Virus record (IMG/VR): IMGVR_UViG_3300042317_000620
Location: 9,170-73,169 of that record
Length of the DNA stretch: 64,000 nucleotides
DNA from: a virus
Taxonomy: Duplodnaviria > Caudoviricetes
Reading direction: 5' to 3' (one strand)
Each line of letters opens with the position of its first letter. Positions within the stretch are counted from its first letter, which is position 1. Positions 1 to 9,575 of the stretch are shown here, in pieces. Under the pieces are notes generated by a model that saw only the letters and a program-made list of their open reading frames with translations, was not told the DNA's origin and searched no databases. The position numbers and the translations under genes were made by a program.

Positions 1-596
1 AGACTCACCTTAAGAAGGGTGATGTATTTTTTGATATTGGCACAGAATCTGGATGGTGTAATTTAGTTTATGCTGATATAGTTGGACCAGAAAACATGGT
101 GCTTATTGAACCAACACCAGAGTTTTGGCCAAACATTCATGCTCTTTGGTATAAAAATTATTCAGTAGATCCGTTAGGAATGTATGCTGGATTGATTAGC
201 GACAACACAACTGATACTCGCAAAGGTAGTGATCTTAATGCGTGGGGAGAAAATTATCTTGGTGCAATTATTGATCGCAATAAGTATGTCTATATTCATG
301 ACAATTCTGCAAACATACCTATGATTAAATTAGATGACTATGTTTCTGAAGTTGGCATTGTTCCAGATGTTTTAAATATTGATGTAGAAGGTGCAGAACT
401 TCTTGTATTTAAAGGTGCAGAAAACACGTTAAGAAATAATAATTTAAAAATATTTGTATCAATTCATGATGATTTAGGTCTGCGTGATTACAATACATCA
501 CCTGAAGATACTATATCTTATCTAGAATCTCTTGGATATGTTGGAGAATTTCTAGCAAAAAATCATGAAGCACATTGGTATTTTGAAAAGAAATAA
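1..596 (+). CDS. FkbM-family SAM-dependent methyltransferase, 5' end outside the window
   Basis: Frame is open from position 3 (THLKKGDVFFDIGTESG, SAM motif I) into the tracked ORF; contains IEP and LNIDVEGAELLVFKGA, typical of FkbM. Confidence 0.85.
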   Translation, partial: THLKKGDVFFDIGTESGWCNLVYADIVGPENMVLIEPTPEFWPNIHALWYKNYSVDPLGMYAGLISDNTTDTRKGSDLNAWGENYLGAIIDRNKYVYIHDNSANIPMIKLDDYVSEVGIVPDVLNIDVEGAELLVFKGAENTLRNNNLKIFVSIHDDLGLRDYNTSPEDTISYLESLGYVGEFLAKNHEAHWYFEKK

Positions 597-598
597 AA

Positions 599-1447
599 AT
601 GTTAACTGCCTATATTTATTCTAAAGATCCACTTGATTCTGCTAATGATAAATGGGATTACGGTCTATTAAAGCAAACATTTGAAAGAAATAAAATAGAA
701 GAAGTTGTTGTTGATACATTGCCACAAGAAGAAAGAGCCTTTGTTGTTATTCCTGGACAAGGTAATGCTGGTAAAGAAGATAGTATAAATGATGAATTAA
801 AAAATATAGGCAGAGTAGTTTTATTTATAACTGGAGATGAAGGAAATTTATTTGATATTGATAAAATAACGCATGAAAATATATCTATTTGGGTTCAATG
901 CCCGACAAGAAAACATCAAAAATATAATAAACTTCCTATAGGTGCACCAAATCACATTAAAGACAACATTCCTGAATATACAGAAAAAACACATACTGCA
1001 TGCTTTGCTGGGCAAATTACACACAATAGAAGACAGCAATTAGCAGACATAATGCCAAGTATTAAAGACTCTATTTATAAACCTACTGATGGTTTTGCCA
1101 AAGGCGATGAACCAAAAGAATATTATAAAAATTTGTTTAGTGCTAAAATTGCTCCCGCTCCTGCAGGCGCTGTAAGTATGGATTCATTTAGATTTTTTGA
1201 AGCAATTGAAATGCTTTGTCTGCCTATTGCAGACTTAAGAAACTCTAAAGGGCATAAAGATAATTTTTATCATTATATTTTTGATGAAACATTGCCATTT
1301 CCATCAACTAGTAATTGGTCAGAATTGCCAGAGATTATTAAATCAATATTAAAGGATTATCCAAACAATATGCATCGTGTAGTTTCTTGGTGGATTAAAT
1401 ATAAAAGAGATTTTGCAATTAAACTTATGAAGGAGATATATGCATAA
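599..1447 (+). CDS. Exostosin/GT47-like glycosyltransferase
   Basis: FAGQ...RR, SAKIAPAPAG, SFRFFEAIEMLCLPI resemble the GT47 C-terminus. Confidence 0.65.
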   Translation: MLTAYIYSKDPLDSANDKWDYGLLKQTFERNKIEEVVVDTLPQEERAFVVIPGQGNAGKEDSINDELKNIGRVVLFITGDEGNLFDIDKITHENISIWVQCPTRKHQKYNKLPIGAPNHIKDNIPEYTEKTHTACFAGQITHNRRQQLADIMPSIKDSIYKPTDGFAKGDEPKEYYKNLFSAKIAPAPAGAVSMDSFRFFEAIEMLCLPIADLRNSKGHKDNFYHYIFDETLPFPSTSNWSELPEIIKSILKDYPNNMHRVVSWWIKYKRDFAIKLMKEIYA

Positions 1448-2201
1448 GAATGACGTAACAATTATTGTTGTAACATCAGTTCTTCCAGATCACCCAGACA
1501 CTTCTATCCTTGATGAAACAATTAACTCCGTAAGATATCATTTTCCTGATAACGAAATCATATTGCAGATAGATGGCTTGCGTGAAGAAAGACTAAATAG
1601 AAAAAATGATTATGATGAATTTAAAAACAGAGTGCTATGGAAATGTTTGCATGAATGGAAAAATGTTTTACCAATAATTTTTGACAAACATAGTCATCAA
1701 ACAACAATGATGAAAGAAACAATTGGTTTAATAACTACATCAATATTATTGTATGTTGAGGGAGATGCTCCACTTGTTACTGAAGAGCCTATAGATTGGC
1801 AAAAATGTTTAGATATGCTTGAGTATAATGAAGCAAAAACAATTAGATTTCACTTTGAAGCATCTATTCCAAGATCACATGAGCATTTAATGTTTGGTCT
1901 TAGTGATGATTTTATGAAAACAGCACAATGGAGCCAAAGACCACACCTATCTTTAGTGTCTTATTATAGAAATGAGATTATGCCAAGAGTAAGGGATTAT
2001 TCGTTTATAGAAGACATTATTCATGGTTCTATACAAGATGACATTTTGCCTTATGACGTATTTGATAAAGAAGGATGGGAAAAACATAAACTTTGGATCT
2101 ACCATCCAAAAAATAATATTAAAAGATCTTACCACTTAGACGGACGCAGAGGTACAAGAAAATTTACATCAGATGATGAAGTATGGGGATATACTGAATG
2201 A
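1440..2201 (+). CDS. Putative GT-A fold glycosyltransferase
   Basis: VTIIVVTS start, IILQIDG, LYVEGD (DxD-like), HLDGR; overlaps neighbours in the operon. Confidence 0.55.
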   Translation: MHKNDVTIIVVTSVLPDHPDTSILDETINSVRYHFPDNEIILQIDGLREERLNRKNDYDEFKNRVLWKCLHEWKNVLPIIFDKHSHQTTMMKETIGLITTSILLYVEGDAPLVTEEPIDWQKCLDMLEYNEAKTIRFHFEASIPRSHEHLMFGLSDDFMKTAQWSQRPHLSLVSYYRNEIMPRVRDYSFIEDIIHGSIQDDILPYDVFDKEGWEKHKLWIYHPKNNIKRSYHLDGRRGTRKFTSDDEVWGYTE

Positions 2202-3241
2202 GACTTGGAATTATTGCTAGATCAGATAATACTGGACTTGGATACCAAACAAAACAATTAACAGATATGTTAAATCCTAGCAAAGTAATGTTAATTGATT
2301 TTTCTCAACATAACAATAATATACAACATCCTGAGTGGTATAACGGATATGAAGTAATAAATGTTGTTGGTATACCAGACAGTAGAGATATCGACAGATT
2401 TTTAAAAGATATAGACGTTGTATTAAGTTGTGAAACATTTTACAACAATGACGAACTTATATTAAAGGCTAGAGATAAAGGAATTAAAACAATTCTTCAG
2501 TATAATTACGAACTCTTTGGAAACCTTTCAAAAAAAAATATGGCGTTACCAGATGTTTTAGTATCTCCTAGTTTATGGAAAATAGATGATATTGAGTTTC
2601 AATTTGGCAGAAAAGCAAAAGTAATTCATTTACCACCGCCAACAAACATAGGCCTATTTGACGGGGCTAGTAAAATTAATAGATCAAAAACTCATAATCG
2701 CATACTGCACATTGGTGGAAAACGTGCTGCACAAGATAGAAATGGAACTAACACAATAGTTGACATGTTAAGATATTCTAAAGCAGATTATGAACTAGTA
2801 ATAAGGACGCAAACCAAACTTGATCTAAACTTTAATGATGATCGTATTGTATTAGATTATAATGATAGTGTAGATAGAGAGTCAATGTACGTTGGCTTTG
2901 ATGCTATGGTCTTACCTAGAAGATATGCTGGACTATGCTTACCTATGAATGAGTCTTTGCTTAGTGCCCTGCCAGTTTTTATGACAAACATATCTCCAAA
3001 TAACAAAGTTCTTCCAGAAAAATGGTTGGTAGAATCACATTTAATTGATAAGTTTAAAGCAAAAACTATGGTAAATGTTTATGAAGCAGATTTAAGAAAA
3101 CTAGCAGAAATGATTGATAATTATGTTGCACTTAGTGATGAACAAAAAAATATTGAAAAAGAAAAAGCCTTATCTATAGGATATGAAAACTTCTCTCCAG
3201 AAGCACTACTGCCACAATACAATAAATTAGTCAATGAATAA
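2198..3241 (+). CDS. GT4-like (GT-B) glycosyltransferase
   Basis: DNTGLG N-terminal loop; DAMVLPRRYAGLCLPMNESLLSALPV matches the GT4 E-x7-E region in degenerate form. Confidence 0.75.
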   Translation: MRLGIIARSDNTGLGYQTKQLTDMLNPSKVMLIDFSQHNNNIQHPEWYNGYEVINVVGIPDSRDIDRFLKDIDVVLSCETFYNNDELILKARDKGIKTILQYNYELFGNLSKKNMALPDVLVSPSLWKIDDIEFQFGRKAKVIHLPPPTNIGLFDGASKINRSKTHNRILHIGGKRAAQDRNGTNTIVDMLRYSKADYELVIRTQTKLDLNFNDDRIVLDYNDSVDRESMYVGFDAMVLPRRYAGLCLPMNESLLSALPVFMTNISPNNKVLPEKWLVESHLIDKFKAKTMVNVYEADLRKLAEMIDNYVALSDEQKNIEKEKALSIGYENFSPEALLPQYNKLVNE

Positions 3242-3934
3242 CTATTTTTCATAAATTGTTTTATTTTTAAACTGTTTAGATAAAAATAAATCTTTTAATT
3301 CTAAGAATGATCCACTTTCCGTTGATAGAAATGGATATTTTTTTTCCTCGTAGTTATAAGATAATGATGCAAAATTTTCTGATTTATAAACTTTAACATC
3401 TGACATTTCTTTTGACTCATCATTAGATATATTGCCATAAATAGATCGATATAACAAGTTATGATTCATTCTTAAAATATTATCAAATTTTTCTTTTGAC
3501 ATCTTCATTGGCACATGTATTTCATAGTTTAAGGGATTATCAATACCCATCTGTAAAAGTTTGTCATGTGTTGTTTTTAATCTATTTATATAAGAACTTC
3601 TTCCAAGCACAGTTTCATAAGCATCAATTTTATTTTCTAGTGTGCCACTATAATATGAAACTATTGTATCAATTGGTTTAATAATAAAAAAATCATCATT
3701 CATTAAAACAAAATCATCTGGAATATCAGATGTATTGCATATTGCTTTAAAGTTATTAAAAGCATTTTTATATTTAGAATATTTTTGATTTACTGGTGCA
3801 TACTGCCCAACATACCAATCTGGTTTACCACCAATTATCCATAAACTATCTACATTGCAATTTTTAACAACAGATCTTATAGAATAACGAAGTTCTTCGT
3901 TATCTCCATCTTTGCATATATATACAAAATTCAT
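3242..3934 (-). CDS. Stealth-family-like sugar-phosphate transferase
   Basis: EELRYSIRSV and FVLMNDDFF match Stealth conserved region 2. Confidence 0.65.
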   Translation of the reverse strand: MNFVYICKDGDNEELRYSIRSVVKNCNVDSLWIIGGKPDWYVGQYAPVNQKYSKYKNAFNNFKAICNTSDIPDDFVLMNDDFFIIKPIDTIVSYYSGTLENKIDAYETVLGRSSYINRLKTTHDKLLQMGIDNPLNYEIHVPMKMSKEKFDNILRMNHNLLYRSIYGNISNDESKEMSDVKVYKSENFASLSYNYEEKKYPFLSTESGSFLELKDLFLSKQFKNKTIYEK

Positions 3935-3936
3935 AA

Positions 3937-4515
3937 TTACCTTTCAAAGACTAAAACTACTCTATCTCCAAAAATTAACTTTGAATTAATTTTTTGATCT
4001 AATTCATTTAGTTTAATATTTTTTTCATACTTTAATTGCCAATCATTTTTAATAAAAATATTTTTAATTTCATCTATTTTATTTAATTTAATAGAATGAT
4101 TATCTATTTTGACAACTCTATCTTTTAGTTCATTATAATTTACTGTTTCTAAAACAAACATATTTAATGTTTTTATTTTTGTAATCATATTTAAAAAACT
4201 TAATGGATCTTTTAACAAATACAAAAGTCCAAAACAAGAAACAGAATCTATTTGATTCAAATAACATAATTCATCTATATCAATTGTCTCAATATCTTTA
4301 CAAAGAAAGGTTATGTCTACATATGAATTATTTGCAAACATAACCTTTTCTAAGGATATATCTATACCAAAAACATTTTTTGCACCATGCTTTAATAATA
4401 AATTTGAGTAATATCCGTCTGAGCACCCAATATCTATTATATTTTTATTAATAAAAAATTTTGTAATATTTTTATTAAATAAAAATGCATGTCTTTTTTT
4501 GATAAGACTAGTAAT
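3937..4515 (-). CDS. Class I SAM-dependent methyltransferase, probable ATT start
   Basis: Frame of tracked ORF 3937-4341 is open up to 4524 and contains IIDIGCSDGY...GAKNVFGIDIS; GAGG lies 5 nt before ATT at 4515. Confidence 0.7.
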   Translation of the reverse strand: MTSLIKKRHAFLFNKNITKFFINKNIIDIGCSDGYYSNLLLKHGAKNVFGIDISLEKVMFANNSYVDITFLCKDIETIDIDELCYLNQIDSVSCFGLLYLLKDPLSFLNMITKIKTLNMFVLETVNYNELKDRVVKIDNHSIKLNKIDEIKNIFIKNDWQLKYEKNIKLNELDQKINSKLIFGDRVVLVFER

Positions 4516-4524
4516 TGTTTCCTC

Positions 4525-5232
4525 TTACTTAAGCCAGTTAACCATAGAATATCTTGTGCCATTTGTGACAGCATTAACATTATGGTTATATACATATGTT
4601 GATGGGAAAAGCAATAACTGGCTTGCTTTTGGTTTAATTGTTACACCAAACTTTGGAAAAACAATTTCTCCACCATCGTAATCATCATTAAAATAATAAA
4701 CTAAAGAAATTTTTCTGGTATAAAAAAGACCATCATCAACATGATCAATAAAATAGTTGCCTTCTCCATATTTCATAATTTCATAGTCTTCTTTTTGAGA
4801 CCAGGTTGGATGCCATTCTTCAGTATATCTATCAATATAAGACTTAAAATCTCTTTCAAGTCTTTGAAAAATTCTATCATGCGTTATTACTTCTAATGAA
4901 GGAGATACTTTGTCAAAATCTCCATGTCGCCTTACATTTCTAATGTACATGGTATCCATTGCTTTTCTACCATAGTCTTCAGCAATCTTTTTTTGATCTT
5001 TTGGCTGCCAATGCAGTGTTTTTTTAGAAACTAACTCTTCAACATCTCTAATATATCTTGGTCCATCTCCAACATTTTGATAAGACACAATTCCTGGAGC
5101 ATGAACAATAGCATTGTTTTCTTGCGAGTAGTTTACAACTTTATTTACATCAATAACTGCATCTAGATTTTTTGGCAAAGCCTTGTCTACGTCAATAACC
5201 TCTTTAAGATCTGGAGGAATAATTTTTTCCAT
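4525..5232 (-). CDS. 2OG-Fe(II) oxygenase, prolyl-4-hydroxylase-like
   Basis: HVD, YFNDDYDGGEIVF, HNV, GTRYS; start moved to MEKII with AAAGGA RBS. Confidence 0.85.
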   Translation of the reverse strand: MEKIIPPDLKEVIDVDKALPKNLDAVIDVNKVVNYSQENNAIVHAPGIVSYQNVGDGPRYIRDVEELVSKKTLHWQPKDQKKIAEDYGRKAMDTMYIRNVRRHGDFDKVSPSLEVITHDRIFQRLERDFKSYIDRYTEEWHPTWSQKEDYEIMKYGEGNYFIDHVDDGLFYTRKISLVYYFNDDYDGGEIVFPKFGVTIKPKASQLLLFPSTYVYNHNVNAVTNGTRYSMVNWLK

Positions 5233-5253
5233 TTTGTTTCCTTTCTTTTTATA

Positions 5254-5282
5254 TGGGGTGCTACATATATTATAGCACCCCA
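5254..5282. promoter_or_regulatory. Perfect 10-bp inverted repeat overlapping a - strand extended -10 (TGcTATAAT)
   Basis: tggggtgcta-N9-tagcacccca; TATAAT at 5274-5269. Confidence 0.55.
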
Positions 5283-5294
5283 CTTAAAACATAA

Positions 5295-5579
5295 TTACTT
5301 TACTACCTTCTTTGCAGGTGTAGCCTTCTTTGCAGCCTTCTTTTTTACTGGCTTAACATTCTTCATTGCATTATCAACATCCTTTGCGATTGCATCGAAC
5401 TTGCCAAATGCTGGATCTTTTGGATTTACTGCACGAAGAACTACTGGAACTAGAGCAGCCACTAGAGCAGCCCACATGTCCTTTGGATCGGTAATCCCTG
5501 CGGTATATAGTGCAACTATACCAGCAAGAACTGAACGTCCGTATGAGGCTGCTATAGCCTTTAGTTGTGCTTGATTCAT
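5295..5579 (-). CDS. Holin-like small membrane protein with Lys/Ala tail
   Basis: Two hydrophobic segments, NPKD..FG motif, KKAAKK C-terminus, strong AGGAGG RBS. Confidence 0.55.
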   Translation of the reverse strand: MNQAQLKAIAASYGRSVLAGIVALYTAGITDPKDMWAALVAALVPVVLRAVNPKDPAFGKFDAIAKDVDNAMKNVKPVKKKAAKKATPAKKVVK

Positions 5580-5624
5580 TTATTCCCTCCTTTCTTATAT
5601 CATATAAGTATACTATATATAATT

Positions 5625-5711
5625 TTAATATGTGTACTTATGTCGTTTTTTTAATTCTTTTTTAAATTTTATCAAATAATATTTTTTTTTAAGATATAGC
5701 CAAATTTTCAT
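5625..5711 (-). CDS. 28-aa basic/aromatic peptide, not in the ORF track
   Basis: MKIWLYLKKKYYLIKFKKELKKRHKYTY; GGAG RBS; overlaps the upstream gene end. Confidence 0.5.
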   Translation of the reverse strand: MKIWLYLKKKYYLIKFKKELKKRHKYTY

Positions 5712-6573
5712 ATTTTTTTTCTCCTATTGTATTTAAAAATGCATCTTTCCACATAAAATGTTTACCATAGCCTTGATGACCGTCTCTTTTGCTAAAGAAG
5801 ATTTCTTTTTTGTTATCATTTTTAAATAATTTTTTATCTATTAAATCTTCTATTGCTTCATTTGAGTATTCAATTTCTATAAAATTGTTAAAATTGCAAT
5901 GATTTATATATGGAACATTCAGTTGCTGCCAAGTAGCAAATAATAACTCAATATTTTTTTCTTTACAAAACTTTACAAATAATTTCCAAGATACAATAAA
6001 ATCAATCATTTTTTGTTGATGAATTTCAAAGTCTAAATCATAGTTTTGTATGTATGTCCAAGATTGTATTTCTTTTTCCCATCTAAAAAATCTGTTTACA
6101 TCTGGCAACATTACAAATAAATAATCTGGAATACCAACTTGATCAAAATAAATTAAACAATTGCTAATTATTTTTTGCCATCCAAAGCCAGACTTTGCAA
6201 TATTAAAATACCCACTTAATTTATTGTGTTTGCTTAAATCCTCATATAGCATGTGTGCCCAACATGAGTCTAAATTACCACCAACACCTTCTGTTTCTGA
6301 ACATCCAGCAAATAAAATATGCGTGTCTTCATGATTTGTTTTGAAATCGTCACACCTAAAACCATTTTGATTAAGATGATACAAGACTGATGTATCATTT
6401 TCGTCAATATCTATTTTCATCGCCACTTCTGCAGGATGAACTCTCATTGTTGTAGGATATGTACAAAAGTCAGTTGCATCATTAAAACTAAACTTGTTAT
6501 AAAATACATCATGCACTGCAAGGCTATTAACAAAAGTTTCTCCATCTAAGTATAAATACTGACTAGATCTCAT
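5689..6573 (-). CDS. SGNH/GDSL-like hypothetical protein
   Basis: ILFAGCSETEG block, FNIAKSG, C-terminal DGH; start at MRSSQ with GGAGG. Confidence 0.55.
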   Translation of the reverse strand: MRSSQYLYLDGETFVNSLAVHDVFYNKFSFNDATDFCTYPTTMRVHPAEVAMKIDIDENDTSVLYHLNQNGFRCDDFKTNHEDTHILFAGCSETEGVGGNLDSCWAHMLYEDLSKHNKLSGYFNIAKSGFGWQKIISNCLIYFDQVGIPDYLFVMLPDVNRFFRWEKEIQSWTYIQNYDLDFEIHQQKMIDFIVSWKLFVKFCKEKNIELLFATWQQLNVPYINHCNFNNFIEIEYSNEAIEDLIDKKLFKNDNKKEIFFSKRDGHQGYGKHFMWKDAFLNTIGEKKYENLAIS

Positions 6574-6958
6574 TATTTTCCTCCACATTTTTTGGAACTG
6601 TTACTAATAACATATTTATAATATTATTCAATATATCTTTTTGTTCTTCATCTATTTTTTTATTTTCTATTTCATTATTGCAAAAATCAATTGTTTTGTT
6701 TACAACCTCTATAGTATTTTCAATATAATTAAAAGCCCATTCCCTTGAGTCTGATAAAAATTTAACAAATCCTTCGTTAGTTTCATCTTTTAACATTGAC
6801 GAATTTTCTATTTCATTTTTCATTGCTGACATCATAGCAACAGCAATTTGATTATCTGATAAACTTTGATTGAGAGCACCTTGTATTTGATATGCTCTAT
6901 AAATCATATAAATATTAAATGCTGATAGCCCAATAATTACCCAGTTATACCAATGCAT
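6563..6958 (-). CDS. Hypothetical protein with N-terminal TM helix
   Basis: GAGGAG RBS before MHWYNW; hydrophobic N-terminus. Confidence 0.6.
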   Translation of the reverse strand: MHWYNWVIIGLSAFNIYMIYRAYQIQGALNQSLSDNQIAVAMMSAMKNEIENSSMLKDETNEGFVKFLSDSREWAFNYIENTIEVVNKTIDFCNNEIENKKIDEEQKDILNNIINMLLVTVPKNVEENNEI

Positions 6959-7436
6959 TTCGCTCCTCATGTGTTGGCCAATAGTAATTGCATTTTTCAC
7001 AACATGGTTCATTGTATGGACTAATTGTTGCATACTGATACTTGTTATAAAAAATAGGATCCTTTTTAAATAGATTAGCCTTGTGAGTTGTTGTAATACG
7101 CATTACCTTATTGTCATTGGACCAGAACATTGGTGGGGTCTTTCCCCATCTACCCGAACATTTTTCTTTAAGATCATTAAGGTTGTTTTCATTGTTTATT
7201 GTCTTAATCCCACGAACCTTAGCCTCTTCTATCATGTGCTGTATATAAGACCACAGACCAGCCTCATAGCCCTTCCACATAAGCACTGCAGGGTGATTAC
7301 GCCATGCCCCAGACGGTGACTCTCCTGACAACACCTTGAGTATTTGATACCCCTCAAGGATTTGTTTATTAAGTCTTTTATTGTCTAAGGATTTTGCGGT
7401 ATATGAAATATTACTAGATGGAAGAAATGTTTGCAT
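6945..7436 (-). CDS. Pyrimidine-dimer DNA glycosylase / endonuclease V-like (MSMEG_6728 family)
   Basis: MQTFLP, LDNKRLNKQILE, HPAVLMWKG, YYWP. Confidence 0.8.
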   Translation of the reverse strand: MQTFLPSSNISYTAKSLDNKRLNKQILEGYQILKVLSGESPSGAWRNHPAVLMWKGYEAGLWSYIQHMIEEAKVRGIKTINNENNLNDLKEKCSGRWGKTPPMFWSNDNKVMRITTTHKANLFKKDPIFYNKYQYATISPYNEPCCEKCNYYWPTHEERNALV

Positions 7437-7558
7437 TAAACAACCTTAAGGGTATTGCAACGAGTACAGCCAACATATGTATTACCAGTAAATGGACATG
7501 CTCCAGCATCTACAAGAACATGACCTTTAAATTTGCAGACTAATCTTTGCATAATCAT
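7436..7558 (-). CDS. 40-aa Cys/His zinc-finger-like protein, not in the ORF track
   Basis: MIMQRLVCKFKGH...CPF...CTRC; ATGA and TAATG overlaps with both neighbours. Confidence 0.65.
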   Translation of the reverse strand: MIMQRLVCKFKGHVLVDAGACPFTGNTYVGCTRCNTLKVV

Positions 7559-7785
7559 TTTCCACCAGTCCTAACTAACATGACTATAGCGCCATTTTCT
7601 TCTAAGGCTTTTTTAACCCTTACCATATATTCTACAGCAAGTCTCTTATCTCTGTCAAATAACTTCATAAAACTTGTTTCGTCTGCTCTTACTGTAATAA
7701 AATGCTCATTATCAATAATATCTACACCAAATCCTTTTGGTGGGGCAATAGATCTAACGGCTCGCCTCATTGCGTCTGTATACAC
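7555..7785 (-). CDS. Hypothetical protein, leaderless
   Basis: GTG start 6 nt after TAGAAT; fits gene packing. Confidence 0.6.
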   Translation of the reverse strand: MYTDAMRRAVRSIAPPKGFGVDIIDNEHFITVRADETSFMKLFDRDKRLAVEYMVRVKKALEENGAIVMLVRTGGK

Positions 7786-7789
7786 TATT

Positions 7790-8215
7790 CTATTCTACCA
7801 GACCTGGATAATCTGTGCAAATGCCATAAACATTATTATATTTATAATCTAAATTTAAATCAACTATAATTGATTTTTCTGTAACATTTTTTCCTGGATA
7901 TGTCCATATATATCCGTTACTTGTTAATGTAAAATCATCTTCTTGATGCCAAAAAAACATATGCTTGTTTTTATCTAATGCATTTAAAGCATTAATATTT
8001 TTGCAATGAAACCAGGCTACATCTTTAATATTATCTACAAATATATCTCCTACTGGATATTGTGAAAAATCATGACCCAAATACCAAGTAGAGTTTATCA
8101 ATCTAATATCAACCTCTACATTAAATCCTTTTTGTATTGCATGATAAATAAGCCCAGGACTATTCTCTAATGGACCTGGACCATCAACATTTCCTCTATG
8201 TGCTATCTTAATCAT
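7790..8215 (-). CDS. GDPD/PLC-like phosphodiesterase
   Basis: IAHRGN, ENS, VEVDI, GHD, GICTD. Confidence 0.7.
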   Translation of the reverse strand: MIKIAHRGNVDGPGPLENSPGLIYHAIQKGFNVEVDIRLINSTWYLGHDFSQYPVGDIFVDNIKDVAWFHCKNINALNALDKNKHMFFWHQEDDFTLTSNGYIWTYPGKNVTEKSIIVDLNLDYKYNNVYGICTDYPGLVE

Positions 8216-9575
8216 TTTTATTCCTATTATATAAATAATAATTTAAATCTTCTGGAGTTCCAACTCCCCACATTTCTTCAACTAATAAAGCATAAATCTT
8301 TTTTTCATCCTGAATTGCTTCATTAAATATTGGACAAACATAAAATTCATTGTTTGTGCGAATATTTTTATCAATCATTTGGTTTGCATATTTTACAAAG
8401 TCTGAGCCATGTTTCCAGTAATATATTCCTACCGTTGCATTATCACTTATAGGTTTTTTTTCAGCAACTTCTGAAACTAATCCGTCATCATTTGTTTTTG
8501 CATAAGACCATTTTGGATGTGAAGATTTAAATATTGCTATTGCTCCATCAGCATTTTTAGTATATAAATCATATAAAAAATTTTTACTATTCCATTTTAT
8601 TATTTGATCAGAATTGGCAATAATTAACGGATTGTCATTATTAATATAATCTTTTGCCAATAAACATGTTATTGCTGCACCTTCTGTAATCTCAGAAATT
8701 TGTATAATATTACAATTAGGCGTTATAGCATTTAATAAATATTCTAAATTGTATTTTTCAAAATGTTCTTGCTGAACTATATACGTATATGTTGCATTAA
8801 TGCCTAAACTTTTTACAACTGCCTGAATCATTGGCATACCACCAATATCAACTAATGGCTTAGGAAAAGCATATCCAGCATCCAAAAATCTACTTCCTGC
8901 TCCAGCCATCGGAATAAGTATATTAAGACTGTAGTCTGTCCAAACATCATTATTGTTACTTAAATATTCAATTGCTTGATTAATTTTTTCTAAAGATAGG
9001 TCTAATCTATTGGTAACTTGAATAAGTTTTGAGTTACTATCAGTTGCAGCAAGTTTACCCACAAAACTATCTTCAAAAATTACTGTGTTTTGTGGTAAGG
9101 TTCCAAAATATGACATTGCCTTCCAATACATTTCTGGATGTGGTTTGCAAAACTGAACATCTTCATTAGAAATAATGTAGTCTACTAAACTTATTATTCC
9201 TAAAGATGTTAAGCATTGATCAACGGTTGCTCTTATACTATTGCTTGCAACTGCAATTTTTATTCCTTGTTTTTTGATATGTTGAAAAAAATAAAATAAT
9301 TCTGTATCTAGACTTAAATTTTTAAAATAAAGGCTAGTGGCAAACTGTTTGTCTTTCCATATTTGATCATAGTATTTTTCTTCTAAACCCTTATACTTAG
9401 ATAATAATTTTAATTTTTCTTTTGTTGGCAACCCTTCATATATTTGTTCTTGCTCTTTATTAGAAATAACATATTCACTATTAACATTTTTTAATGCATG
9501 GTTTAAAGATGAAAAATGTATAGTTTTGCTATCAACCAATACTCCATCTAAATCAAAAACAATCAATTTATTCAT
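8208..9575 (-). CDS. HAD phosphatase fused to a sugar-phosphate nucleotidyltransferase
   Basis: FDLDGVL, KPHP, FEDS (HAD); IPMAGAGSRF, PKPL, EKK, GTPEDL (NTP transferase). Confidence 0.85.
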   Translation of the reverse strand: MNKLIVFDLDGVLVDSKTIHFSSLNHALKNVNSEYVISNKEQEQIYEGLPTKEKLKLLSKYKGLEEKYYDQIWKDKQFATSLYFKNLSLDTELFYFFQHIKKQGIKIAVASNSIRATVDQCLTSLGIISLVDYIISNEDVQFCKPHPEMYWKAMSYFGTLPQNTVIFEDSFVGKLAATDSNSKLIQVTNRLDLSLEKINQAIEYLSNNNDVWTDYSLNILIPMAGAGSRFLDAGYAFPKPLVDIGGMPMIQAVVKSLGINATYTYIVQQEHFEKYNLEYLLNAITPNCNIIQISEITEGAAITCLLAKDYINNDNPLIIANSDQIIKWNSKNFLYDLYTKNADGAIAIFKSSHPKWSYAKTNDDGLVSEVAEKKPISDNATVGIYYWKHGSDFVKYANQMIDKNIRTNNEFYVCPIFNEAIQDEKKIYALLVEEMWGVGTPEDLNYYLYNRNKND

